DNA of 55,303 nucleotides from a virus: UHGV virus genome UHGV-0114783; one strand, 5' to 3'. Shown piece by piece: positions 10,054 to 19,943 of this stretch (position 1 is its first letter; each line of letters starts with the position of its first letter). The notes under the pieces were generated by a model. It saw only the letters and a program-made list of their open reading frames with translations, ran no database searches and was not told where the DNA came from. The position numbers and the translations under genes were made by a program.

Positions 10054-10726
10054 GCAGCTGGCGAACTGTGACCGCGAGAGTTTCCGCCGCATCGCCCATG
10101 GCATGCCTGAGGCTCCGGCAGAGTGCCCGGGTGTCGAGCAGACGGCGGAGATTTTCAACGGTCTGTTCAGTGCTCTGCGTGCCGCGTTCCCGGCGGCAAT
10201 GGCCGTTTTCCGTGAGCAGAGCGAGTTCAACGAGCTGCGCCGCCAGTGGCTGATGGCGTTTCAGGAGAACGGGATCACCACCATGGCCCAGGTCGCCGCC
10301 GGCATGCGTGTCGCTCGCCGCCAGGAGAAGCCGTTCCTGCCGTCTCCGGGCCAGTTCGTCGCCTGGTGCAAGGAGGAGCGCTGCCTGCTGGGGATCACCG
10401 TTGACGACGTGATGACTGAGTACTGGAAGTGGCGCCGCCTGGTGTTCCGTTTCCCGACCAGTGAGCAATACCCCTGGCCAGCGCCGGTGCTTTACCACAT
10501 TTGCACCGAGCTGCGCCGCCAGAGTACCGATCGGCAGATGACCGAAAACGAGATGCGCCAGGCCGCCGGCAAGGTCCTGGCCGGATGGGAAGAGCGCGTC
10601 GCCGCGGGTAAGCCCGTACCGCCAATCCGTCGCGCCATCGCCGCGCCGGCTAAAGCCAGCGGCCCCACACCAGCAGAGATGCTGATGGCCGAATACAAAA
10701 AACGCAAAGCAGCTGGTCTGATTTAA
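10037..10726 (+). CDS. Replication protein P-like (helicase loader)
   Basis: ORF track 9830..10726 trimmed to the ATG at 10037, which overlaps the O-like gene stop; position and size match lambda P. Confidence 0.55.
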   Translation: MERLSEQLANCDRESFRRIAHGMPEAPAECPGVEQTAEIFNGLFSALRAAFPAAMAVFREQSEFNELRRQWLMAFQENGITTMAQVAAGMRVARRQEKPFLPSPGQFVAWCKEERCLLGITVDDVMTEYWKWRRLVFRFPTSEQYPWPAPVLYHICTELRRQSTDRQMTENEMRQAAGKVLAGWEERVAAGKPVPPIRRAIAAPAKASGPTPAEMLMAEYKKRKAAGLI

Positions 10727-10737
10727 CAGGAGAACAC

Positions 10738-11469
10738 ATGGAAACCGTCATTCAAGCACTGGAAAAAATGGGCCGGGCGACATACCGCGAAGTGGCAGCC
10801 CGTCTGGATATCGAACCTGTGGAAGCACTGAACATGCTGCGCGAACAGCGCGAGCAGGGCATGTGTGATTTCTCCGACGGCGGCTGGTTTGTTGGCAGGC
10901 TGAAGGACCAGAAGAACACCCCTGCACCAGCTCCGGCTGTCGCCGCTAAAGCGCCATTGCGCGGCGAAGAGCCGAAGGAGATCAGCGTAGAGGGGATCAC
11001 CCGCCTGCTGGCGCAACGCGGTGCCATGGATACTGTGGGCATCGCCAGGGAATTTGGGCGTAACGCTCGCGGCATCACCGCATGGATGGGTTCACTGGCC
11101 CGCCAGGGCGTCGTGGTGAAGAACGGGCAGGGCAGGGGAGTAACCTGGTCATTGCCGGCACCCGCAGCACCAGCAGCAGGACCAGCACCAGCACCAGCAG
11201 CAGAGGCAGTCAGCGTAGAGCATGAACTGACGAAGGCCGGCCCGGAGAAAGATATCGCGCAGATTGTCAGCGAAATCCCCGCGTTCACTGAAGGGTGCGC
11301 CGCCAGCATGTCCATTCCGGCGGCCCGGATGATCTCCCGCGAAATTCGTCGCACCAAAAACAGGCTGGCGCAGCTGACGAAACTGCAGGGCGCCGTGCGC
11401 ACTTTTGCCCGTCATAAAAATCTCGTGCAACAGCTGGTGAACCAGGAGGCAACCAGTGAGCGAGATTAA
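10738..11469 (+). CDS. Hypothetical protein with Ala/Pro-rich low-complexity linker
   Basis: 243-aa ORF; PAPAAPAAGPAPAPAAE linker. Confidence 0.45.
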   Translation: METVIQALEKMGRATYREVAARLDIEPVEALNMLREQREQGMCDFSDGGWFVGRLKDQKNTPAPAPAVAAKAPLRGEEPKEISVEGITRLLAQRGAMDTVGIAREFGRNARGITAWMGSLARQGVVVKNGQGRGVTWSLPAPAAPAAGPAPAPAAEAVSVEHELTKAGPEKDIAQIVSEIPAFTEGCAASMSIPAARMISREIRRTKNRLAQLTKLQGAVRTFARHKNLVQQLVNQEATSERD

Positions 11470-11908
11470 CTATCAGGCTCTGCGACTGGCGGCAGAAAAT
11501 GCAACACCAGGCGAATGGTGTGCTGATGACTACCATGGAGTAATTGCCGATGCCGGACTGAACGCCAATTACTACATAGCATCATGCTCAGGACCAGATA
11601 ATCGCGCCAATAAACGATTCATAGCCGCCGCCAATCCTGCCACCGTCTTGGCGCTGCTGGATGAGCTGGAGAAGATGCAGGCGCAATCGTCCAAATGGTG
11701 CGAAGCCTTCCATAAAGCCGTTTCCGTTGGCGCTCGGTATGAGGAGCGGATTGCTGAACTGGAAGCACGGGAAATATCGCTCCCAGAACGTAGAAGCATG
11801 CTTCATCGAACAGATTTTCACGAGGATTACCAAACGGTAATGGCATACAAAGTTTCTGAAGTCATCGCTGCAATCCGCGCCGCTGGCATTCGCATCAAAG
11901 GAGAGTGA
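11456..11908 (+). CDS. Ead/Ea22-like phage protein (putative)
   Basis: 150-aa ORF starting MSEINYQALRLAAENATPGEW, character of the Ead/Ea22 family. Confidence 0.45.
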   Translation: MSEINYQALRLAAENATPGEWCADDYHGVIADAGLNANYYIASCSGPDNRANKRFIAAANPATVLALLDELEKMQAQSSKWCEAFHKAVSVGARYEERIAELEAREISLPERRSMLHRTDFHEDYQTVMAYKVSEVIAAIRAAGIRIKGE

Positions 11909-11909
11909 G

Positions 11910-12101
11910 ATGAACGGACAGATATCAATTGTTCGACCAGGAGCATGTGACGATCGCGAAATACGAATGATTATTCGTCTGGCGATGGGGAAAACAATAA
12001 CAGCTCTCATTACTCCAGAAAATCTCGCATTAGCATTAACAGGAAAGTCAGACCTGCCAGTAGAGCTAAAGCTGCGAAATATTGAGATTAAAGTGAAATA
12101 G
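11910..12101 (+). CDS. Hypothetical protein
   Basis: 63-aa ORF in the early rightward operon. Confidence 0.3.
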   Translation: MNGQISIVRPGACDDREIRMIIRLAMGKTITALITPENLALALTGKSDLPVELKLRNIEIKVK

Positions 12102-12103
12102 TT

Positions 12104-12985
12104 ATGAATACTCTTACCAAAGAATGGTTACAGAACACGATTACCAGCATTGAGTCAGCACGGGATGAAATACCGTTCGGACTCGATGAAGATCAAAACG
12201 ACATGCTTACCGCATTAAAAATTGCACTGGCATCACTGGCAGCAGTATCGGATGAACGAGCAGCCTATGAATTATTTATGGAGAAGCGTTTCGGGGAATC
12301 TGTAGATCGCCGTAGGGCAAAAAATGGCGATAGAGAATACATGGCATGGGATATGGCGCTTGGCTGGATTATCTGGTGTCACCGCGCCGCCATGCTTCAG
12401 GGTAAAGCAGCCAAGCAATCATCAAGCATTAAAACCAGTGATTGTGCGGGTCAAGGCGAAGATATCAAGCAAGCATCAAGCAATGAACCTGTAAGCCAGC
12501 CTTACAAGTTGCCTGCCGAGGTACGCGATGCCATCAATCGCCTGCTGGATAGCGACGGCAGTCGTGGAACCTTCAGCGCTTTCAGATGTGCTGATGCTCG
12601 CGAGGAGTTAGAGCGACTGCTCGCAGCCGAACCTGTAAGCCAGCGTGATGAGCTGCCAGCCAATGTTATCGATGCGCTGGAAAAGGCTCTACAGGCTATG
12701 TCGTTCATGGGCGATACGCTAAACACACTGGATGCCGTATGCGAAGAGGATGTTGAGTATGTCACTCCGGCGTTTGAAGCCGTGCGCGAGGTGCTTGAGG
12801 GTAACTCTCCGGCGATTCCGGATGGTTGGGTTGCAGTGCCGGTTGAGCCTACGATAGCCATTCTAGACGAATTCGATTCGATTATTGATTACGGCGCTGA
12901 GGATTCTAAGGATGCGTGGAGTCGTCTTCTGGCAGCCGCTTGGATTAAATCGCTGCCAGCAGCGCCGCGGCAGGAGGTGAAGTGA
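12104..12985 (+). CDS. Hypothetical protein with internal EPVSQ...LPA repeat
   Basis: 293-aa ORF, two copies of the EPVSQ(P/R)..LPA(E/N)V..A motif. Confidence 0.45.
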   Translation: MNTLTKEWLQNTITSIESARDEIPFGLDEDQNDMLTALKIALASLAAVSDERAAYELFMEKRFGESVDRRRAKNGDREYMAWDMALGWIIWCHRAAMLQGKAAKQSSSIKTSDCAGQGEDIKQASSNEPVSQPYKLPAEVRDAINRLLDSDGSRGTFSAFRCADAREELERLLAAEPVSQRDELPANVIDALEKALQAMSFMGDTLNTLDAVCEEDVEYVTPAFEAVREVLEGNSPAIPDGWVAVPVEPTIAILDEFDSIIDYGAEDSKDAWSRLLAAAWIKSLPAAPRQEVK

Positions 12986-13269
12986 TGGGCGCTTTCGCGA
13001 AATATACGATTATTGACTGGATTGTCTTCTTTCAGGTGGTGCTCATCTGGTTTTTTATGGCTTACAAGGCAGGGCAATGGATTTTCGGCATAGCACTTCG
13101 CAAAGGCTGGCGGTGGTTGAATCGTAAGGATGAGAAGTCGCTGGCTTTGGATTCCTTTTACGATGCGTTTCGCCTTGGGGATATCCAGCCAGGGGAAGCT
13201 ATTGTGATCACCACTGAAAGCGGTATGACTATTCGAATCCACAAGCCAAAAGGGGCGGATAATGGCTAA
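12982..13269 (+). CDS. Hypothetical membrane protein
   Basis: 95-aa ORF with hydrophobic N-terminus. Confidence 0.4.
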   Translation: MMGAFAKYTIIDWIVFFQVVLIWFFMAYKAGQWIFGIALRKGWRWLNRKDEKSLALDSFYDAFRLGDIQPGEAIVITTESGMTIRIHKPKGADNG

Positions 13270-13600
13270 GACCGCAGCAGAACGCAAAGCTGCCCAGCGC
13301 GCCCGGCAAGCCGCTGCTGGTGGGCGTAAATTTGAGCTCATACTTGATACGCAGGAAATGGATATGCTGGAGCGCAATTGTGCATCACGCCGTCCGGGGC
13401 GAGCGCCGTATGAAATGAGCGAGTACATCGCGTTACTGATCCGTCAGGATGATGCCCGAGTTCGTGGTCGCATTAAGTCAATCAGTGCGAACCGCTGCGG
13501 TAAATGCGGTGATGTGCCGCCAGTTAAGTCGTGTCCATGCGCCGGTGATTCGCAATGCTGGGTTACGCGTGGCTGGCATGATGTGAAGTTAGTCGTGTGA
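13262..13600 (+). CDS. Hypothetical protein (Cys-rich C-terminus)
   Basis: 112-aa ORF. Confidence 0.4.
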   Translation: MAKTAAERKAAQRARQAAAGGRKFELILDTQEMDMLERNCASRRPGRAPYEMSEYIALLIRQDDARVRGRIKSISANRCGKCGDVPPVKSCPCAGDSQCWVTRGWHDVKLVV

Positions 13601-13627
13601 CATGTCACAATATAATCAATAACATAC

Positions 13628-13651
13628 AAGCCTCTTCGGAGGCTTTTTTTG
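13628..13651 (+). terminator. Rho-independent terminator
   Basis: Stem AAGCCTC-TTCG-GAGGCTT followed by TTTTTTT. Confidence 0.6.
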
Positions 13652-13741
13652 TCGGCGTTAAATTGCTTTTGCCTGTATGCCAAGCCATAATATCCCTGTC
13701 AGCCTGAGAAACTGACGACCATCTGCGCCAAGAAGAACATC

Positions 13742-14338
13742 ATGGCGCACTTACAACTAATAAAGCAATCTTCAGGAATTCTGATCCCGGCCACGCCGGA
13801 GACCAGCGAATTACTGCAATCAAAAATTAAGCTCGGTGCCGTGCTGGAGGCCGACTTTAAACAGGTACGCAATCCTGCGTTTCACCGCCGCTTTTTCGCT
13901 CTGCTGAATCTTGGTTTTGAATACTGGGAACCAACTGGCGGCGCTATCTCCTCCAATGAACGCAAGCTGGTTACCGGCTATGCTAAATTCCTGGCTTCCT
14001 ATGGTGGTAACGAAGGCGCACTGCTGGATGCGGCTGAGCAATACCTTGACCGCATTGCCGATAAGCGTACTGGTAGCATCTGCGCCTGTAAGTCATTCGA
14101 TGCATATCGTGCATGGGTCACTATTGAGTCCGGCCATTACGACGCCATTCAGCTGCCTGACGGCACCCTCCGCAAACATCCCCGCAGTATCTCATTCGCA
14201 AATATGGATGAAACTGAGTTCCAGCAGCTGTACAAAGCCGCGCTCGATGTTCTGTGGCGATGGATACTCTCCCGATCATTTCGCAGTTGTGAAGAGGCAG
14301 AAAACGCCGCCGCCCAGCTGATGAGCTTTGCGGGGTGA
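13742..14338 (+). CDS. Nin-region phage protein (DUF1367-like, putative)
   Basis: 198-aa ORF upstream of YbcO/RusA-like genes. Confidence 0.45.
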   Translation: MAHLQLIKQSSGILIPATPETSELLQSKIKLGAVLEADFKQVRNPAFHRRFFALLNLGFEYWEPTGGAISSNERKLVTGYAKFLASYGGNEGALLDAAEQYLDRIADKRTGSICACKSFDAYRAWVTIESGHYDAIQLPDGTLRKHPRSISFANMDETEFQQLYKAALDVLWRWILSRSFRSCEEAENAAAQLMSFAG

Positions 14339-14544
14339 TGGCGATGAAATTTTCCTGGTTCCACCATCACGAATGCACCACCGAACAGGCCGACGAGCTG
14401 GTGGAGAAATACCGGGCGCGCGGTGTAAAGACAGAGCGCAGCCTGAATCGCGACAACATCACCTGGACCGTCAGCGCGCAATTGCCGGAAGGCGATAACG
14501 CGCCTCGCCCGAGCCGGGTATGGCAAAGCAAGGCGTGGGGGTGA
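14335..14544 (+). CDS. Hypothetical nin-region protein
   Basis: 69-aa ORF. Confidence 0.35.
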   Translation: MMAMKFSWFHHHECTTEQADELVEKYRARGVKTERSLNRDNITWTVSAQLPEGDNAPRPSRVWQSKAWG

Positions 14545-14837
14545 GCATGGCAAATTTACGCAAAGAGGCACGTGGTCGTGATTGTCAGGTTCGAATTCCC
14601 GGCGTCTGCAACGGTAACCCGGAAACGTCTGTACTGGCGCACATTCGCCTGGCCGGGTTATGTGGCACCGGAATCAAACCGCCTGATCTGATTGCCACCA
14701 TTGCATGCTCTGCCTGTCACGACGAGATCGACCGCCGTACACATTTTGTCGATGCTGAGTATGCTAAAGAATGCGCGCTGGAAGGTATGGCGAGAACGCA
14801 GGTTATCTGGCTGAAAGAGGGGGTAATCAAGGCGTGA
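14520..14837 (+). CDS. ybcO: YbcO-like protein (DUF1364)
   Basis: 105-aa ORF; recalled near-identity to E. coli DLP12 YbcO over ...[53 protein letters not shown]... Confidence 0.7.
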   Translation: MAKQGVGVSMANLRKEARGRDCQVRIPGVCNGNPETSVLAHIRLAGLCGTGIKPPDLIATIACSACHDEIDRRTHFVDAEYAKECALEGMARTQVIWLKEGVIKA

Positions 14838-15196
14838 ATACTTACAACATCACATTGCCCTGGCCGCCGAGCAATAACAGCTACTACCGCCATAATCGCG
14901 GGCGCACGCACATCAGCGCAGAAGGGCAGGCATACCGCGATAACGTCGCCCGAATCATTAAAAACGCAATGCTGGATATCGGCCTGGCTATGCCTGTGAA
15001 AATCCGCATTGAGTGCCACATGCCGGATCGCCGTCGCCGTGACCTGGATAATCTGCAAAAGGCCGCTTTTGACGCACTCACCAAAGCAGGTTTCTGGCTG
15101 GACGATGCTCAGGTCGTTGATTATCGCGTTGTGAAGATGCCCGTTACCAAAGGTGGAAAGCTGGAACTGACAATCACCGGGCTGGAGGCCGTATGA
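14834..15196 (+). CDS. rusA: RusA Holliday-junction resolvase
   Basis: ORF track 14771..15196 trimmed to the GTG at 14834; sequence [37 protein letters not shown]... matches recalled RusA. Confidence 0.85.
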   Translation: MNTYNITLPWPPSNNSYYRHNRGRTHISAEGQAYRDNVARIIKNAMLDIGLAMPVKIRIECHMPDRRRRDLDNLQKAAFDALTKAGFWLDDAQVVDYRVVKMPVTKGGKLELTITGLEAV

Positions 15197-15329
15197 CATT
15201 TGAATCCTGTTTTTCCGATCACCTCCGCGTTCGCTGGCAGCGGCTTCGCTTATACCACTTTCCCGGCTCTGTGCTAACGGACTACCGGATACTGAAGAAT
15301 TACGTGAAAACTTATGCTGGAGAAGCGCT

Positions 15330-16112
15330 ATGAACCTTGAAAACACAGTGAAATACCACTTCGCTAAATCCACACTGATTAGCGATTCTCCGCGCGCTAC
15401 CGCCTCCGATTCACTGACCGGTACCGACATAATGGCTGCCATGGGCATGACGCAGGAACGCGCCGCAATGGGTTACAGCGCCTTCCTCGGCAAGATGGGC
15501 ATAAGCAATAACGACCGGGATCGGGCGATCGGTCTGCTGGCTGAGTACGCGATGACAAAATGCGACAAGGTTGCCGCACTGCGTAAGCTCGGTGCCGCGG
15601 TTAAACCTCAGGTGATGCACCAGTTGGCCACCTTCGCTTTTGAGGACTATTCCCGCAGCGCTGCCAGCGTGAAGCAGTGCGATTGTTGTGACGGTCAGGG
15701 CTTCATTGAGGCTGACGTGTTTACCAATAAATTCCGTAAGCCAGAAGGGAAAATGACCGTGTCCGGGATGGTGAAGGTCAAAGAATCCATCAAAGTGCTA
15801 TGCAAAAAGTGTAATGGCTCTGGTGTGGTTAGTGCTTCTTGCAGTGATTGCCATGGGCGCGGCAAGGCAGTGAACCAGGCTCTTACTGAGAAACAGGACG
15901 TTCCTGTTCTGGCTGACTGTAAGCGCTGCGGAGGGCGTGGGTATGAACGACTTCCGTCGACTGAAGCCTATGCTGCTGTATGCCAGATTACTGACGCCAT
16001 TAGCCTGGACACCTGGAAAAAGTCTGTTAAGCCATTCTACGACCTGCTGATCACGAAATTTGATATCGAAGAGTCCTGGGCCGAAAAACAGCTTAAGCAG
16101 ATAACGCGGTAA
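15330..16112 (+). CDS. Antiterminator Q-like protein
   Basis: 260-aa ORF upstream of the lysis cassette with Cys-rich zinc-binding region (CDCCDGQG..CKKCNGSG..CSDCHGRG..CKRCGGRG). Confidence 0.65.
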   Translation: MNLENTVKYHFAKSTLISDSPRATASDSLTGTDIMAAMGMTQERAAMGYSAFLGKMGISNNDRDRAIGLLAEYAMTKCDKVAALRKLGAAVKPQVMHQLATFAFEDYSRSAASVKQCDCCDGQGFIEADVFTNKFRKPEGKMTVSGMVKVKESIKVLCKKCNGSGVVSASCSDCHGRGKAVNQALTEKQDVPVLADCKRCGGRGYERLPSTEAYAAVCQITDAISLDTWKKSVKPFYDLLITKFDIEESWAEKQLKQITR

Positions 16113-16316
16113 CGCCTATAGCGATAGCCTATGATTTTGTCTTGGGCTATTTACTTTTCCCGAATCTGTGTTAATTTTGTCCCAACGATGGGTTAATGCC
16201 TTCGTTTCAAGCCCTGCGGATAACACCGTGGGGTTTTTTGCGTTTCTGGAGACAGCAATACCAAGGTTCGAGACATTCAGGTAAAATTGATGCATTACAG
16301 GATGTGAGGTTGGGGA

Positions 16317-16886
16317 ATGAATAATCTACCCGATGATTACTTTTTGGATGCGGACGACGAACTCGTTGCTTTTCTGGAGAAGCAGGGCGAGGATTGTATA
16401 CGCGAAATTCACCAGTCCAACGCACTAAACAAAGAAAATGGCCAGAAGTTATTGAGTATACTCATTGCTGGCGTGGGCTCGTCATTTTTGTTATTAACGC
16501 AACGTACAGGTTTTGATTACCTCACCGCTGGAATGTCTGTTTTTTTAGTCTACTGGGCAATGTGTGCGGCTTATCTTGTTCGCTGCGTCCTCGTTGTAAG
16601 GTCACGAGCTCTCGTGTCATCGACACCCTATGCGCTTTACCATGATGACTATAAAGGGTTTACTGAAGATGATTACACTGGTTTTGAGTCGAAAGGATTT
16701 TCAGGAAAGCGTTCAACATTGAACGTCTTGCGGCGCTACCGGCTTGCGGATTTAACCAGAATGGCTGAAATGAGTAAAAAAGAGAATGCCAGAATAGGCC
16801 GAGAACTAGAAAGGGTAAGGATCGCTACAATCCTCACCCCTGTTTGTGCACTTGTAATCTCAGTACTTACTTACCTTTTTTTCTGA
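16317..16886 (+). CDS. Membrane protein of unknown function (moron between Q and the lysis genes)
   Basis: 189-aa ORF with at least three hydrophobic segments. Confidence 0.55.
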   Translation: MNNLPDDYFLDADDELVAFLEKQGEDCIREIHQSNALNKENGQKLLSILIAGVGSSFLLLTQRTGFDYLTAGMSVFLVYWAMCAAYLVRCVLVVRSRALVSSTPYALYHDDYKGFTEDDYTGFESKGFSGKRSTLNVLRRYRLADLTRMAEMSKKENARIGRELERVRIATILTPVCALVISVLTYLFF

Positions 16887-17016
16887 TGTTTTCAGCAGAA
16901 TCGGCAACAAAGGTATAACCTGTCCTCAGATTTCTTTCGGCTGGCTGTGGAGCCGGTTTAGGCTGTGGTGCGGGTTGAGGCTTATTTTCTCCAGATGGTT
17001 TGTTTGATTCACTCAT
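16867..17016 (-). CDS. Small Pro/Gln-rich hypothetical protein (49 aa)
   Basis: Hand-translated ORF MSESNKPSGENKPQPAPQPKPAPQPAE... with GGAG ahead of the ATG; convergent with the preceding gene; not in ORF track. Confidence 0.2.
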   Translation of the reverse strand: MSESNKPSGENKPQPAPQPKPAPQPAERNLRTGYTFVADSAENIRKKGK

Positions 17017-17107
17017 ATAATTCTCCATGTTTGATAGGGTTATTTTTGGCGATTTAACGATATCAAATACAGTGATTTGCTGCTAGAGCATGCACTTATC
17101 TATAACT

Positions 17108-17137
17108 CGCCCCGGCACCCGCTGGGGCTTTTTTATT
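17108..17137 (+). terminator. Rho-independent terminator
   Basis: Stem GCCCCGGC-ACCC-GCTGGGGC followed by TTTTTTATTT. Confidence 0.5.
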
Positions 17138-17250
17138 TCCGGCTCACGGTAATCATCCGCTACGTGCTTTGTTGATAAATCCAACCCGTGAAGCCTGAGC
17201 CTATTTCCCCTCATACCTGAGAGGACTCACAGCAATTAAGAGGGGGCTAA

Positions 17251-17637
17251 ATGTCCGATCCAATTTCCGGTACTGGGCTGGCTGGTGGTGCCCTGACGGG
17301 TGCCAGTGTTTATGGACTGCTGACCGGAACTGATTACGGCGTTGTATTTGGCGCATTTGCAGGGGCTGTATTCTACATAGCAACAGCAGCGGATCTGAGC
17401 GCATCGCGCCGACTGGCATATTTTATCGTGTCGTATATTGCCGGGATCCTTTGCTCTGGGTTGGTTGGCTCCAAGCTGGCAAGCTTGACCGGATACAGTG
17501 ATAAACCTCTGGATGCCATTGGTGCCGTAATCGTATCTGCTTTAGCCGTTAAGATTCTGACGTTCCTGAATAATCAGGATATCGGGTCGCTGGTGGCGCT
17601 CATAACGCGCCGGGGAGGTTCAGGTGGAGCTAAATGA
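17251..17637 (+). CDS. Holin-like membrane protein
   Basis: 128-aa Gly/Ala-rich ORF with hydrophobic segments, first gene of the lysis cassette. Confidence 0.5.
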   Translation: MSDPISGTGLAGGALTGASVYGLLTGTDYGVVFGAFAGAVFYIATAADLSASRRLAYFIVSYIAGILCSGLVGSKLASLTGYSDKPLDAIGAVIVSALAVKILTFLNNQDIGSLVALITRRGGSGGAK

Positions 17638-17905
17638 CCCGACAGCAACTATAAACGCGCTGTTATGTGCTTGTGTTGTTATTACTCTGATGTTTTATCG
17701 TCGTGGTGATTCGCGGCATCGTCCTTGGGTTTCACGTTTAGCCTGGCTGATTACTGTTACATACAGTGCTGTTCCGTTGGCCTATCTCTGTGGGATTTAT
17801 CCCCATTCCTCATGGCCCATTATCGTGGCGAATACTATTTTTCTTTCCGTGCTGGTGGCCGTCAGAGGCAACGTTGCACGCCTGGTTGATCATCTGAGGC
17901 ACTAA
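17624..17905 (+). CDS. Holin-like membrane protein (second)
   Basis: 93-aa ORF with about three hydrophobic segments, directly upstream of the endolysin gene. Confidence 0.5.
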   Translation: MELNDPTATINALLCACVVITLMFYRRGDSRHRPWVSRLAWLITVTYSAVPLAYLCGIYPHSSWPIIVANTIFLSVLVAVRGNVARLVDHLRH

Positions 17906-18519
17906 TGAACCAACAATTATTTCAAAAGGCGGCTGGTATCAGCGCCGGACTGGCTGTGCGCTGGTTTCAACCAGTAGATGCAGCGATGAAAGAATTCGGC
18001 ATTACAGCACCCGCGGATCAGGCCATGTTCATCGCTCAGGTAGGTCATGAGTCTGGTGGCTTTAGCGCTGTAGTTGAAAATTTGAACTACACACCATCTG
18101 CGCTGGTGGCGACGTTCGGAAAGAGGATCACACAGCAGCAGGCTGATGCCCTTGGCAGAACATCCGGACATGCAGCTCGTCAGGATGCTATTGCCAATCT
18201 GGTGTATAGCAACCGCCTGGGTAACAAAGCGCCCGGCGACGGCTGGAAATATCGCGGCAGAGGGTTAATTCAAATCACTGGCCTCGACAATTATCGCACC
18301 TGCGGGGCTGCTCTGAAGTTAGATTTGGTGACTTCACCTGAACAACTGGAACAGGAACTACAGGCTGCGCGCTCAGCTGCATGGTTCTACACCTCTAAAG
18401 GCTGCATGATCTACGGTGCCGATATTAATCGTGTTACTCGCATCATTAACGGCGGTCTGAACGGTATTGAGGATCGTAAGGTCCGATACAACAAGGCGCG
18501 GGCGGCGCTGCTGGTATGA
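17905..18519 (+). CDS. Endolysin, GH19 (chitinase class I-like) family
   Basis: 204-aa ORF with FIAQVGHESGGF and GRGLIQITG motifs typical of GH19-type endolysins. Confidence 0.8.
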   Translation: MNQQLFQKAAGISAGLAVRWFQPVDAAMKEFGITAPADQAMFIAQVGHESGGFSAVVENLNYTPSALVATFGKRITQQQADALGRTSGHAARQDAIANLVYSNRLGNKAPGDGWKYRGRGLIQITGLDNYRTCGAALKLDLVTSPEQLEQELQAARSAAWFYTSKGCMIYGADINRVTRIINGGLNGIEDRKVRYNKARAALLV

Positions 18520-18908
18520 AGATGAGTTATTGGGCGCTTATTTTAACGTTTATTGCTTGTATTGCTGGTGGTCTTGTCTGGTCAGCGAATCATTACCATG
18601 GAAAGTTTCTGGAGGAACAGCGGCGCGCTGACGATGCAGAACAGCGCGCTGATTCCTTTGAGACCATCACCGCGAATGTCCTGCGCACCGTAGCAATAAC
18701 GAACATCATTCTGGAGACAAATCAATATGCCAGGCAGCAGATCGCACTGGAGTCACAGAGAACTGAGAACGATATCAAGGCTGCTGTTGCGGATGATGAT
18801 TGTGCTGTTCGTTTTGTGCCTTCTGGCGCAGTTAAGCGGCTGCACGACTACGCGAACGGTCTACGTTCCAGTTCCGGTGGTTCCGTTACCAGCCAACCTG
18901 ACGGCTGA
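18516..18908 (+). CDS. Rz-like inner-membrane spanin
   Basis: 130-aa ORF with N-terminal TM segment and coiled-coil-like periplasmic part, after the endolysin gene. Confidence 0.6.
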   Translation: MKMSYWALILTFIACIAGGLVWSANHYHGKFLEEQRRADDAEQRADSFETITANVLRTVAITNIILETNQYARQQIALESQRTENDIKAAVADDDCAVRFVPSGAVKRLHDYANGLRSSSGGSVTSQPDG

Positions 18909-19071
18909 AACACCCCAGCCAGATTTACCCGATCCGTTTACGTGGGGAGCAAGCCTTAACCTGAATGTTGCGTTGTTGTCAGCGTTAGCACAGTGCAACA
19001 GGGATAAGGCTGATATCAGGACTTTCGAGAACAACAGGGCAGGACAAACAGATGGCACGATTAAACGTTGA
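18793..19071 (+). CDS. Rz1-like outer-membrane lipoprotein spanin (overlapping Rz in +1 frame)
   Basis: ORF track 18727..19071 trimmed to MMIVLFVLCLLAQLSGC (lipobox LSGC), Pro-rich mature part. Confidence 0.55.
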   Translation: MMIVLFVLCLLAQLSGCTTTRTVYVPVPVVPLPANLTAETPQPDLPDPFTWGASLNLNVALLSALAQCNRDKADIRTFENNRAGQTDGTIKR

Positions 19072-19237
19072 AGTTATCCCACCAGACAGCGAGGTGCTGA
19101 ACGGGATTTTTGCAGAGATTGAGCGCAAATATGCGCGTCAGCCGCTGACGCCAAAAGTAATTGATGAAATGCAACGCGAAGCGACGCGCCTTGTACGGCG
19201 AATGATAACCACAAAGGTTACGTTCGTCCGGGACTGA
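19052..19237 (+). CDS. Hypothetical protein
   Basis: 61-aa ORF. Confidence 0.3.
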   Translation: MARLNVEVIPPDSEVLNGIFAEIERKYARQPLTPKVIDEMQREATRLVRRMITTKVTFVRD

Positions 19238-19291
19238 CATTACAGAAGCCCTTCACTGAGGGGCTTCGATAATGGAGCACTGGGATTATTC

Positions 19292-19912
19292 ATGAACAGA
19301 CCACACCCACCAGCGCATTTTACGATGCCACCTGACCCGAAGCCTTACATCAGCATAATGCCCGCCATTGACGTTGGCGAGTGGCTGAATCAGCACATCC
19401 TGAGCGATGAGGGTGACCTCTACAACCCTGACCACCAGCATTTGCTTGAAGCGGATCTGTGCTTTCTCTGGGCGTCGAACACTTTCGAGAAGAAAGGGCG
19501 GTCCGTGCTGGGGCAGGCGGAAGAAGTGGCAATGCGGGCTGGAGGCTGGCAGAAAGCGCGGATGGAGCAGCAGATGTATGAATGGTTCGGCAGGGTGCCG
19601 CAGTTCATCATCACGCTGGCCGCCGATTACTGCTCGCAATGTTCCGATCTGGAATTCTGCGCGCTGATAGAGCACGAGCTTTATCACATCTGCCAAGCGA
19701 CAGATGAATTTGGTGTGCCGAAGTTCACGCAGGAAGGGCAGCCAAAGCTGAAGCTGCGCGGCCATGACGTGGAAGAGTTTGTGGGCGTGGTTCGCCGTTA
19801 CGGTGCGAGCCGGGACGTGCAGGAAATGATTGATGCGGCGAATCAGCCAGCGGAGGTTGCTCATCTCGATATTGCCAGAGCGTGCGGGACGTGCATGCTG
19901 CGACTGGCTTAA
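19292..19912 (+). CDS. Putative zinc metallopeptidase-like protein (HExxH)
   Basis: 206-aa ORF with HELYH motif in ALIEHELYHICQATDEFG, immediately upstream of terS. Confidence 0.5.
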   Translation: MNRPHPPAHFTMPPDPKPYISIMPAIDVGEWLNQHILSDEGDLYNPDHQHLLEADLCFLWASNTFEKKGRSVLGQAEEVAMRAGGWQKARMEQQMYEWFGRVPQFIITLAADYCSQCSDLEFCALIEHELYHICQATDEFGVPKFTQEGQPKLKLRGHDVEEFVGVVRRYGASRDVQEMIDAANQPAEVAHLDIARACGTCMLRLA

Positions 19913-19943
19913 ATACTGGACTGTATAAGACGAATGGTGATTT

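Noticed and set aside
14771-14833. Upstream extension of the RusA ORF
   Set aside because: The recalled RusA N-terminus begins at the NTY.ITLPWPP segment, matching the GTG at 14834, and the extension overlaps the YbcO-like gene.
16200-16245. Possible late-operon terminator (tR'-like) after the Q-like gene
   Set aside because: A T-run is present but the preceding stem is weak and imperfect; not confident enough to annotate.
16113-17250. Shiga-toxin-like or other known toxin cargo at the Q-to-lysis position
   Set aside because: The only substantial ORF there is a multi-pass membrane protein with no resemblance to A/B toxin subunits that I can recognise.
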